39,977 nucleotides of DNA, taken from NCBI GenBank assembly GCA_028691905.1, contig JAQUYJ010000001.1:1-39977 (forward strand), in the 5' to 3' direction. The notes under the pieces were generated by a model. The model saw nothing but the letters and a program-made list of their open reading frames with translations, was not told the origin of the DNA and searched no databases. Position numbers and translations under genes: made by a program. Source of the stretch: Bacilli bacterium. Lineage in GTDB: Bacteria > Bacillota_I > Bacilli_A > ML615J-28 > CAG-698. Positions 16,039-23,604 of the stretch are shown piece by piece (position 1 is the stretch's first letter; the number at the start of each line of letters is the position of its first letter).

Positions 16039-18175
16039 AACACTGACCAATACTCCTTTAATTAAAATTGTAGGAGTAAAAAAGCACTTTCCACTGAAAA
16101 AAACGCGCTTGTTTCAACGAGAAGTTTTGACTGTAAAGGCAAATGATGGAATTGATTTAACTATAAACAAGGGAGAAACACTTGGTTTAGTAGGTGAAAG
16201 TGGTTGTGGGAAATCAACACTTGGCCGCGTATTACTGCAACTTTATCCTGTTACATCGGGGAAAATCATTTATTATGGTTATAATGTTGATCAATATGCA
16301 CCGAAATATTTTACGAGAGAAATAAGACGATTGCATTTGTCTAAGGAAATGCGGGAAAGACTGGAAGCAAAAATTCCCCTTCTTGAAGAAAAAATTAAAG
16401 AGCTGCAAGCCGATGAAGTTGAAAAGGCAAAACGAAATGAATTAGCTGCGAAAATAAAAGAATTGGAAAAAGCAAATCAGAATTTATGGGACGAATGCCA
16501 TGGTAAGCATCAGGCTTTCATCGTAAGTGAAGATATTCATGCTATCCGTCGTTTTCCAAAGTTGGATTCATATATTGCCAAGGCTGAAGCTAAAATTACG
16601 AAATTACAACAAAAAATTGACGATTATGAGGGTACGCGGGAAAGTGCAAAACAGTATCGTAATCCGAAAGCAGAAGCGGAAGTTGTAGAATTAAAAAAAC
16701 AAATCGAAGTTGCTGAATTAAGCTGCATTGCTGATTTAAATAAAAAATTAGCTATCGCAGAACGTAAAGCAAATTATAAATTATATGAATTGGATTTGAA
16801 TATTTTAAATACTCAGAATAAAATCAACTTAATCAAAAACGAAATGATGATGCACGCGCAGCGAATTAAATCCAGTTTAGATAAACCGATTGAATTAAGT
16901 TCTGATGTTCTGAAAAGCTTGGTTGAATATAAAGAAAAATATCATGCAAATAAGCAGTTAATCAAGCAATATCAAGCAGTAATCGACTTTAAAAAACAAA
17001 AAGATGAAATTCAAAAGATTCAAAACAGAATTGATAAAATTTTGGATAATGCTGCAAACGCAACCGGCGGTTATGTATTAAGCAATCAATCCTTAAAAGT
17101 ATCACAAAGCTTGTTTCAACGTGTTGCAAACTTACGTAAAATTGTCGATGAAGAAGAGAAAATTCAAATTTGCAAAGTAGCAAAGTTTAGAACTGAAAAA
17201 GAGCTGGAAGCAAAAAAGGATAAACTAACCAATTTGCAAATTAACAAATTGCAGAAAAAAATTGTGAAATACGAAGAAAACCTGGCTTTATCTGACCAAA
17301 AAATTCAAGAATTTAACCGTTTGGTTGACGAAGCCAATGTTGAATTAAGAAAACTAAAAGAAGAAGTCAAACAAAATGAATTATTTGATGAATTGGAAGC
17401 AAAAAGAGAAAAAGGAATTGATTTATCCCGTTTAACAAACGAGGAAATGCGTATTTTACGTAAACATCTCCAATTAATTTTCCAGGATCCTTATTCCTCA
17501 TTGAATCCAAGAATGACAGTTGGTCAGATTATTTATGAAGGTATAAGAGCGCATCATTTGGATGAACTGACTTATGACGACAAACAAGAACAAATTATCA
17601 AAGTAATGGAGAAATGCGGATTGGCACCATATATGCTTCATCGTTATCCTCATCAGTTTTCTGGTGGACAACGTCAACGAATCGGTATCGCTCGTGCCCT
17701 TGCTGTAAATCCGACTTTTGTCGTCTGCGATGAAGCTGTCAGTGCCCTTGACGTATCTATTCAATCACAGATAATCAACTTGCTCGAAGATTTAAGAGAC
17801 AATGAAAATCTAACCTACTTGTTTATTTCTCACGATTTAAGTGTTATTAAACATATTAGTGACCGAATCGGCGTTATGTATTTAGGTAATATGGTAGAAT
17901 TGGGTGATTCTGATGCAGTTTACGAAAGACCACTTCACCCTTATACCAAAGCTTTAATTTCATCTATTCCAACTACAGATCAGGAGCAAAGGAAACGAAT
18001 TTTATTAGAAGGAGATATTCCTTCCAATGTATTCCCACCTAGTGGATGTAAATTCAGAACCAGATGTCCATTGGCCCGTAAAGCATGTGCAGAAAAAGTA
18101 CCTGAGTTTAGAGAAGTAGAACCGGGAAGATTCGTTGCCTGTCATTTCTATGAAGAAACAGAAAATCTTAGATAG
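16025..18175 (+). CDS. oppF: ABC transporter ATP-binding protein, OppF/DppF type, interrupted by a coiled-coil insertion of about 375 aa
   Basis: 716 aa, with a 14-nt overlap with oppD. Walker A GESGCGKST (about residues 57-65). Q-loop LIFQDPYSSLNPR begins only at about residue 484. Signature FSGGQRQR, Walker B FVVCDEAVSALD, C-terminal GCKFRTRCPLARKAC. Residues of about 91-466 are Lys/Glu/Leu/Ile/Gln-rich and heptad-like. Confidence 0.9.
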   Translation: MAKSKTLTNTPLIKIVGVKKHFPLKKTRLFQREVLTVKANDGIDLTINKGETLGLVGESGCGKSTLGRVLLQLYPVTSGKIIYYGYNVDQYAPKYFTREIRRLHLSKEMRERLEAKIPLLEEKIKELQADEVEKAKRNELAAKIKELEKANQNLWDECHGKHQAFIVSEDIHAIRRFPKLDSYIAKAEAKITKLQQKIDDYEGTRESAKQYRNPKAEAEVVELKKQIEVAELSCIADLNKKLAIAERKANYKLYELDLNILNTQNKINLIKNEMMMHAQRIKSSLDKPIELSSDVLKSLVEYKEKYHANKQLIKQYQAVIDFKKQKDEIQKIQNRIDKILDNAANATGGYVLSNQSLKVSQSLFQRVANLRKIVDEEEKIQICKVAKFRTEKELEAKKDKLTNLQINKLQKKIVKYEENLALSDQKIQEFNRLVDEANVELRKLKEEVKQNELFDELEAKREKGIDLSRLTNEEMRILRKHLQLIFQDPYSSLNPRMTVGQIIYEGIRAHHLDELTYDDKQEQIIKVMEKCGLAPYMLHRYPHQFSGGQRQRIGIARALAVNPTFVVCDEAVSALDVSIQSQIINLLEDLRDNENLTYLFISHDLSVIKHISDRIGVMYLGNMVELGDSDAVYERPLHPYTKALISSIPTTDQEQRKRILLEGDIPSNVFPPSGCKFRTRCPLARKACAEKVPEFREVEPGRFVACHFYEETENLR

Positions 18176-18356
18176 GTTAAATGTTACTCCGGAAAAAGAG
18201 CGATTAGCAAAAGAAAATCTAAAAAATAATCCGTTGGAAAAGAATGATATGAAAGCGATAATGATTGCTGCATTTCTGGCTTTTGTTTTACCTACAATAC
18301 TTGTTCTGGGAGTAATAGCATTTATTATTTGGTTAATTATCATTATGATTGCATAA
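18150..18356 (+). CDS. Small hypothetical membrane protein (single C-terminal TM)
   Basis: The ORF fills the gap between the oppF stop (18175) and the operon terminator (18361). It has a charged N-terminal part and the hydrophobic stretch AIMIAAFLAFVLPTILVLGVIAFIIWLIIIMIA. No strong RBS is visible, and the start is uncertain (18135, 18150 or 18249). Confidence 0.4.
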   Translation: MKKQKILDRLNVTPEKERLAKENLKNNPLEKNDMKAIMIAAFLAFVLPTILVLGVIAFIIWLIIIMIA

Positions 18357-18360
18357 ATAA

Positions 18361-18390
18361 AACAAGACCTAGTTTAGGTCTTGTTTATTA
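18361..18390 (+). terminator. Rho-independent terminator of the opp-like operon
   Basis: aacaagacct-agttt-aggtcttgtt followed by a T-rich tail. Confidence 0.75.
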
Positions 18391-18467
18391 TCCATGAAAA
18401 ATAAAAAAAAGTATTTCTTTTTTTCGGAAAAAATGGTAAGATAATAGTAGAAAGGTAGGTTAAAAAA

Positions 18468-18896
18468 ATGTTGAAACTGTATACCTCTCCAAGTTGCTTA
18501 TCTTGTCGCAAAGTAAAAAAATATTTCAATAAATATAATATTCCCTATATCGAAAAAAACATTTTACATAACAAATTATCACGTGATGAAATTTTTAAAA
18601 TGCTTGCCAACAGTGAAAATGGATTTGAAGATATCATATCAATGCGTTCCAAAATAATCAAAGAACAGAATATTGATTTGGATTCCATGAAAATTCACGA
18701 ATTAGTGGATTATATTGTTGCCAATCCCACTATCTTAAAAAGACCGATTATTGTTACAGATTATGAAATTCAAGTAGGATACAACGATGATGATATTACT
18801 TTGTTCTTGCCTCCGGAAATTCGGGAGCGGGAATGCCAATTTTGTTTGGGTCCAAATGAAGATTGCGACTATGTGAAAGCGCTGAAGATAGAATAA
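18468..18896 (+). CDS. spx: Spx/ArsC-family RNA-polymerase-binding redox regulator
   Basis: MLKLYTSPSCLSCRKVKKYF... carries the N-terminal CxxC. RPIIV...QVGYNDDDI is conserved in Spx. 142 aa with an atypical Cys-rich C-terminal tail. Confidence 0.9.
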   Translation: MLKLYTSPSCLSCRKVKKYFNKYNIPYIEKNILHNKLSRDEIFKMLANSENGFEDIISMRSKIIKEQNIDLDSMKIHELVDYIVANPTILKRPIIVTDYEIQVGYNDDDITLFLPPEIRERECQFCLGPNEDCDYVKALKIE

Positions 18897-18919
18897 AAAA
18901 AGCCCGTTGGGCTTTTTTT
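18895..18919. terminator. Bidirectional terminator between spx and the CYTH gene
   Basis: A6-agccc-gtt-gggct-T7. Confidence 0.8.
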
Positions 18920-19517
18920 AATGCAATCTTTTATATGTGTTAAATGCACGTTTAATCTTTTTGTCGGATTTCTTATATTGAATATCAAAATCACTGATTA
19001 ATTGAATAAATTCTTTTTTCCCCAGTTCATAGTCTTTTGCTTCATATTCCATTTCATGGTCCATTAATTGGACTATTTTATTATCGTTCATAATAGTAGG
19101 GAACTGATAAGTGCTTTCATCAATAAAAAGGATACCGCTGTAGTAGTTAAGAAATAAACGGTTAGTGGAAAGACTTAAAAAATTTATCAGTTTTTGATCT
19201 TTAATAATATGGGATAATTCAGCTTGTAAATCTTCCAATTTCAATAAACCGGTTGTTTGTAACTCGATTAGTTCAGATTGGGTGATTGGAATGGAAATTT
19301 CATTGACAGAATATCCCTTTTTATGCTTAAGAGCAATCTCAAATCGGTCATCCCGTTCTTTAACCCGCAGGGAAATATCCTGTGCTTTTAATGAAAAACG
19401 AGGGGTATCAAAATAATGATTGGTTTGTAAGTCCGTTTTATTTCCTTGAAATTGATGAATTAATCGATTATATTCATCTTTTGTAAGCAGACTTCTGAAC
19501 TCTTTACCTTTTTGCAT
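18918..19517 (-). CDS. yjbK: CYTH-domain protein (YjbK-like triphosphate tunnel metalloenzyme family)
   Basis: 199 aa. The block NHYFDTPRFSLKAQDISLRVKER and the overall size resemble B. subtilis YjbK as I recall it. It is adjacent to the small alarmone synthetase, as in Bacilli. Confidence 0.75.
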   Translation of the reverse strand: MQKGKEFRSLLTKDEYNRLIHQFQGNKTDLQTNHYFDTPRFSLKAQDISLRVKERDDRFEIALKHKKGYSVNEISIPITQSELIELQTTGLLKLEDLQAELSHIIKDQKLINFLSLSTNRLFLNYYSGILFIDESTYQFPTIMNDNKIVQLMDHEMEYEAKDYELGKKEFIQLISDFDIQYKKSDKKIKRAFNTYKRLH

Positions 19518-19548
19518 GATTCAGCTTACTCCTTTCATAGTATATTAT

Positions 19549-19576
19549 ATTATACATAATATCTAGAAGTAGTCAA
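19549..19576 (-). promoter_or_regulatory. Sigma-A promoter of the CYTH gene
   Basis: On the minus strand: TTGACT (19576-19571), 16-bp spacer, TATAAT (19554-19549). Confidence 0.55.
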
Positions 19577-19657
19577 CTATTTTTTACTTTTTTTTAATTA
19601 TTGAATAAAATGATGAAAAAAAACAAAAAATATGGTAAAATAGAAAGGGTGATGAAA

Positions 19658-20350
19658 ATGAAGGAAACATTTAATTGGACTCTTTTTTTACAACCGTATG
19701 AATTGGCGATAAATGGTTTTATTATAAAATTAGAATCAATCAAACAACAGTATATTTTGAATGGAAAAAAGAATCCAATTGAATTGATAACAGGGCGGGT
19801 AAAAACGCCGGAAAGTATTTTGGAAAAAGCAAAAAGACTACAGGTTGCTTTTGACGATATCCCGGAAAAAATCCAGGATATTGGGGGAATCCGAATTACC
19901 TGTAAGTATATTAACGATGTGTATTATGTTTTTGATTTACTTAAATCGAGAAAAGACATTGAAATTGTGTTAATAAAAGATTACATTAAGGAACCGAAGG
20001 CATCGGGATATCGTTCTCTTCACGCAATTGCAAGATATCATGTTGAAACCATTGACGGACAACAACCGATTTATATTGAATTTCAAATTCGGACTTTGGC
20101 GATGCATTTATGGGCAAGTATCGAACATTCCTTAAAATACAAATACGTCCGTAACATTCCGGAAAATATTCGAACACGGTTATTGAAAGCTTCTGAAATC
20201 ACAGCCGAACTGGATGCGGAAATGTCTTACATTCAAGCTGAAGTAGAAGCAGCCAATGGCTTGCATCATCCTGTTGAAGAAGTATTGAAAAAACACCAGG
20301 ACAGTGAATTGGAATGGGGTATTAATACACTGAAAAGAGGAAGTTTATGA
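19658..20350 (+). CDS. relQ: Small alarmone synthetase (RelQ/YjbM-type GTP pyrophosphokinase)
   Basis: RelA/SpoT synthetase motifs are present: GRVKTPESILEK, DIGGIRITC, SGYRSLH, EFQIRTLAMHLWASIEH. The start at 19658 (MKETFNWTLFLQPYE) aligns with YjbM-type N-termini and has RBS aaagggtga. A tatggTAAAAT box at 19631-19641 would give a very short leader. Confidence 0.88.
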   Translation: MKETFNWTLFLQPYELAINGFIIKLESIKQQYILNGKKNPIELITGRVKTPESILEKAKRLQVAFDDIPEKIQDIGGIRITCKYINDVYYVFDLLKSRKDIEIVLIKDYIKEPKASGYRSLHAIARYHVETIDGQQPIYIEFQIRTLAMHLWASIEHSLKYKYVRNIPENIRTRLLKASEITAELDAEMSYIQAEVEAANGLHHPVEEVLKKHQDSELEWGINTLKRGSL

Positions 20351-21108
20351 AATACCATATTTTTGGTGAAAAAAAAGAAGCCCTTCATTTGGAAGAATTA
20401 CTCCAACGAAGAAAACATATAAAAGATGATGTTTATCCCGATATAGTGTTCTCTTTGGGTGGGGACGGAACAATCCTGAAGGCTGTGCAAAAGTTTGTAG
20501 CCCAAAAAAACGTAAAATTTGTAGGAATCAATTTAGGGAAATTAGGATTCTATACGGACTATGAATGCAAAGAAGCGGATCAAATGCTGTATGATATAGA
20601 GAATGGACAATATCAACTGGCCAGTTATTCTCTGCTTGAATATGTTTTTAAAAACGATGATATAGCTTATCAAGGTTACAGTTTGAATGAAATAGCTATT
20701 ATCAGCCCCATTCATACGCAAATTATTGATGTTTTTATTGATCAAAAGCATTTTGAAACTTTTCGGGGAACCGGATTTCTTATTGCCACACCCACTGGAT
20801 CAACAGCATATAATAAATCATTGGGGGGAAGTGTAATTGACCCCAATATTCAGGCAATGCAATTGACTGAGATTGCTTCTATCAACAACCGAGTATATAA
20901 AACACTGTCATCGTCCCTGGTCTTTTCCAAGCAAACCAAATTGACATTGCAATCCAATTTTGAGAACGACTATATAACAGTGGACGGAATATTTAATGAA
21001 TTTAGAAAAGTGAAAGAAATTATAGTGAGTCTTTCCGATAAAACAGCTAATTTTATCGTAAAAAATCGAACCGATTTTTGGGATCGAGTGAAAAAAAGTT
21101 TTTTATAA
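20347..21108 (+). CDS. nadK: NAD kinase
   Basis: ATGA overlap with relQ. Motifs GGDGTIL, NLGKLGF, TPTGSTAYNKSLGG. Confidence 0.93.
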   Translation: MKYHIFGEKKEALHLEELLQRRKHIKDDVYPDIVFSLGGDGTILKAVQKFVAQKNVKFVGINLGKLGFYTDYECKEADQMLYDIENGQYQLASYSLLEYVFKNDDIAYQGYSLNEIAIISPIHTQIIDVFIDQKHFETFRGTGFLIATPTGSTAYNKSLGGSVIDPNIQAMQLTEIASINNRVYKTLSSSLVFSKQTKLTLQSNFENDYITVDGIFNEFRKVKEIIVSLSDKTANFIVKNRTDFWDRVKKSFL

Positions 21109-21118
21109 GGAGAATAAA

Positions 21119-21634
21119 ATGAATAAACAGAATGTATATGTAGCTTTTGATGGGAAAAATGATATTAAAGAATTTGCCAATTTTGAAGAATGGGAAAAAA
21201 CTGAAAATTATCCCTTTCATTTCATTAACGGAATGGAAGTTGCCCTTCGATTGGATAAAGAAAGCGATGAAGTGTTAAAGAAAAAATTGGGAGAGTTAAT
21301 CGATTCCTGTGCAATTTTTGTTGTATTGGTTACAAAAACAACAAAAAGTTTCCGTCGTTTTGTAAAGTGGCAAGTCGAATATGCCATTGAAAAGGGAATG
21401 CCAATCATCGTTTCCAATACGAATTTGATTCGTTCGGTCGACTATGACCGCTGCCCGATGAAATTAAAAAAAGCTTTATCCTTGCATATCGCCAATAATC
21501 AGGAAATCGTATCCTATGCTCTGCTGAATTGGCCTGCCAGTCATCAAGATCACCTTCAGAATGAGCGAATACAAACATTTCGATATGAAAAGGAACTATA
21601 TGATTTTTATCATATAAAAACATCACCATTTTAA
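21119..21634 (+). CDS. TIR-like domain protein (DUF1863 / MTH538 / ThsB-like family)
   Basis: 171 aa, strong RBS aaggaga, 10 nt after the nadK stop. The pattern VYVAFDGKND...(acidic/aromatic region)...SCAIFVVLVTKTTKSFRRFVKWQVEYAIEKGMPIIV fits the flavodoxin-like TIR fold of DUF1863 proteins. Assigned by eye only. Confidence 0.6.
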   Translation: MNKQNVYVAFDGKNDIKEFANFEEWEKTENYPFHFINGMEVALRLDKESDEVLKKKLGELIDSCAIFVVLVTKTTKSFRRFVKWQVEYAIEKGMPIIVSNTNLIRSVDYDRCPMKLKKALSLHIANNQEIVSYALLNWPASHQDHLQNERIQTFRYEKELYDFYHIKTSPF

Positions 21635-21664
21635 ACAGCAGTACGAAATTGTCATCCTAAAAAT

Positions 21665-21690
21665 AAAAGTAGACCGAGGTCTACTTTTTT
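21665..21690. terminator. Bidirectional terminator between the TIR-like gene and clpP
   Basis: aaaagtagac-cgag-gtctactttttt. It overlaps the clpP stop codon. Confidence 0.8.
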
Positions 21691-22262
21691 GTCATGATAT
21701 CATCGATGATACCATATGTTTTTGCTTCTTCCGCAAACATATAGAAATCGCGTTCGGTATCAACACTGATTGTCTCAATTGGCTGGTTGGTCTGCTTCGC
21801 AAGAATAGCATTCATTTTTTCACGGATACGGTAAATATGCTTTGCTGCAATTTGAATGTCTGTAGATTGACCCTGGGCACCACCCATTGGCTGGTGAATC
21901 ATAATTTCACTGTTTGGAAGGGCAAAGCGTTTCCCTTTGGCACCGCTGGCCAGAATGAAAGCAGCCATCGATGCAGCCATCCCTAGGCAAATCGTTGAAA
22001 CTGCGGGTTGGATGAACTGAATGGTGTCATAAATAGCCATCCCGGCAGTAATGGAACCACCTGGAGAATTGATATATAGATAGATATCTTTTTCCGTATC
22101 TTCTGCAGCAAGAAATAATAATTGCGCAACAACACTATTGGCTAAATGGTCATCGATTTCTCCGCAAAGCATAATGATTCTGTCCTTCAACAAGCGGGAG
22201 TAAATATCATAGGAACGTTCACCGTGCGGAGTATTTTCTATTACGATAGGTGTATTGTACAT
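21681..22262 (-). CDS. clpP: ATP-dependent Clp protease proteolytic subunit
   Basis: 193 aa. [25 protein letters not shown] (Ser), IMIHQP (His). Confidence 0.97.
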   Translation of the reverse strand: MYNTPIVIENTPHGERSYDIYSRLLKDRIIMLCGEIDDHLANSVVAQLLFLAAEDTEKDIYLYINSPGGSITAGMAIYDTIQFIQPAVSTICLGMAASMAAFILASGAKGKRFALPNSEIMIHQPMGGAQGQSTDIQIAAKHIYRIREKMNAILAKQTNQPIETISVDTERDFYMFAEEAKTYGIIDDIMTKK

Positions 22263-22285
22263 TTTCTTTCTCCTTTTTCTCTTTA

Positions 22286-22314
22286 ATTGTACCGCAAAAA
22301 AAGGTTTCTGTCAA
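22286..22314 (-). promoter_or_regulatory. Sigma-A promoter of clpP
   Basis: On the minus strand: TTGACA (22314-22309), 17-bp spacer, TACAAT (22291-22286). No GGTCAAA CtsR direct repeat was seen. Confidence 0.65.
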
Positions 22315-22329
22315 TTGATGGACTGCATC

Positions 22330-22358
22330 TTGTAATCAAGTTTTAAATAGTGTATAAT
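22330..22358 (+). promoter_or_regulatory. Sigma-A promoter of the acyltransferase-YfcC operon
   Basis: TTGTAA (22330-22335), 17-bp spacer, TATAAT (22353-22358). Confidence 0.55.
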
Positions 22359-22395
22359 GAATGAATAAGAATATCTTCACTGAAGGGAAAACGAT

Positions 22396-23604
22396 ATGCA
22401 CAGGCATTTTAACCGCTACAAAAACAAGGTCCGAAAACCCAATTTTTTTCTTTATTATTTTTTACTTCTCGGTTCATTCTGGATTTTAAAATTATTATTG
22501 CATATTCAGGTTAAAAATAAAGAGATTATTCAAAAAATGAATAAGCCTTTTATATTATTGTTTAATCATCCATCAAAATTGGATTTTATTTATGCATATG
22601 CACCATTGTGGCGTCATCGTATCAATACAATGGCAGCCTATTATTACTTCTGTCAGAAAAATGTTGGTGATCTAATGCATTTGGTGGGAGCTTATCCCAA
22701 AACGCTTTTTTCACCGGATCTGAGTGCGATTAAAAATACATATAAAATCGTGAAAAGAAAAGGATCAATCGGTATTTCACCGGAAGGAAGACTTTCCCCG
22801 CACGGAGCAATGGAGTCCGTCCATTTGTCCACTGCGAAACTGATTCAGAAAATGGGAGTGGATGTATACTGTGCCCATATTCATGGTTCTTATTTTGTAT
22901 TTCCAAAATGGGCGAAAAATATCCGAAGAGGGTTGATTGAAATAGAATATGAACATCTGTTTACTTCGGAAATATTGGAAAAACTTGAATTAAAAGAAAT
23001 TGAAAACAGATTGGTTCAAGCGATGGATTATAATGAATATGCCTGGCAGGAAAAAAAACAAACTCGCTATAAAAGTAATAATTTAGCCAAAGGACTGGAA
23101 TACTTATTATATCGGTGTCCGGTTTGTCATGAAATGTATACACTTGAAACGAATGGCAACGAAATCAGTTGCAGTCACTGCCACACTGCATTCGCTTTGG
23201 ATTCCAAATATTATTTACACAGTCAGGAAAAAGGCCCAACTACGATTAAAGAATGGTACGAGTTTCAAAAAGAGTATGAACGAAAAAATATACCAGATGA
23301 TTTTTCTTTAAGGAGTCCGGTTGTATTAAAGATGCCGGATAAACAGGGAAAAGGATTTATTGAAGTGGGAAGAGGAATGACAACGATAAATGCAGAAGAA
23401 CTCATCTATCAAGGGTTATTAATGGGTGAAGAAACAAAAATTTCTTTTCCGATTAAAAAGATTCAGACAATTCTTTTTGGTCCGAATGAAGATTTTGAAG
23501 TATACCATGAAGATGAATTTTATTATTTCGTCCCGGAGAATATCAAAGAATGCGTTCGGTACACCATATTAGCTGATGTATTTTATGAGAGGGTTGTAAA
23601 ATGA
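22396..23604 (+). CDS. Lysophospholipid (PlsC-family) acyltransferase-like protein with a C-terminal zinc-ribbon-containing domain
   Basis: N-terminal TM. HX4D motif NHPSKLD and SPEGR motif. CPVC...CSHC zinc ribbon (nt 23116-23184), followed by an uncharacterised domain of about 140 aa. Confidence 0.7.
   Translation: MHRHFNRYKNKVRKPNFFLYYFLLLGSFWILKLLLHIQVKNKEIIQKMNKPFILLFNHPSKLDFIYAYAPLWRHRINTMAAYYYFCQKNVGDLMHLVGAYPKTLFSPDLSAIKNTYKIVKRKGSIGISPEGRLSPHGAMESVHLSTAKLIQKMGVDVYCAHIHGSYFVFPKWAKNIRRGLIEIEYEHLFTSEILEKLELKEIENRLVQAMDYNEYAWQEKKQTRYKSNNLAKGLEYLLYRCPVCHEMYTLETNGNEISCSHCHTAFALDSKYYLHSQEKGPTTIKEWYEFQKEYERKNIPDDFSLRSPVVLKMPDKQGKGFIEVGRGMTTINAEELIYQGLLMGEETKISFPIKKIQTILFGPNEDFEVYHEDEFYYFVPENIKECVRYTILADVFYERVVK

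Noticed and set aside
16025-18175. The coiled-coil ABC ATPase as an SMC/Rad50-like or defence-type (Lamassu-, Wadjet- or Septu-like) ATPase.
   Set aside because: The NBD halves carry Opp/Dpp-specific features (the FQDPYSSLNPR Q-loop region and the C-terminal HPYT...GCKFRTRC domain). The gene overlaps oppD within a complete SBP-permease-ATPase operon, and no nuclease or partner genes are present.
21119-21634. A complete Thoeris defence system.
   Set aside because: Only a ThsB-like TIR candidate is present. No ThsA (SIR2/SLOG or Macro) or other effector is within the window, and both flanks are housekeeping genes. It is reported only as an orphan TIR-like gene.
22263-22395. A CtsR operator upstream of clpP.
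   Set aside because: I searched both strands for the GGTCAAA-n3-GGTCAAA direct repeat. Only the sigma-A promoter was found.
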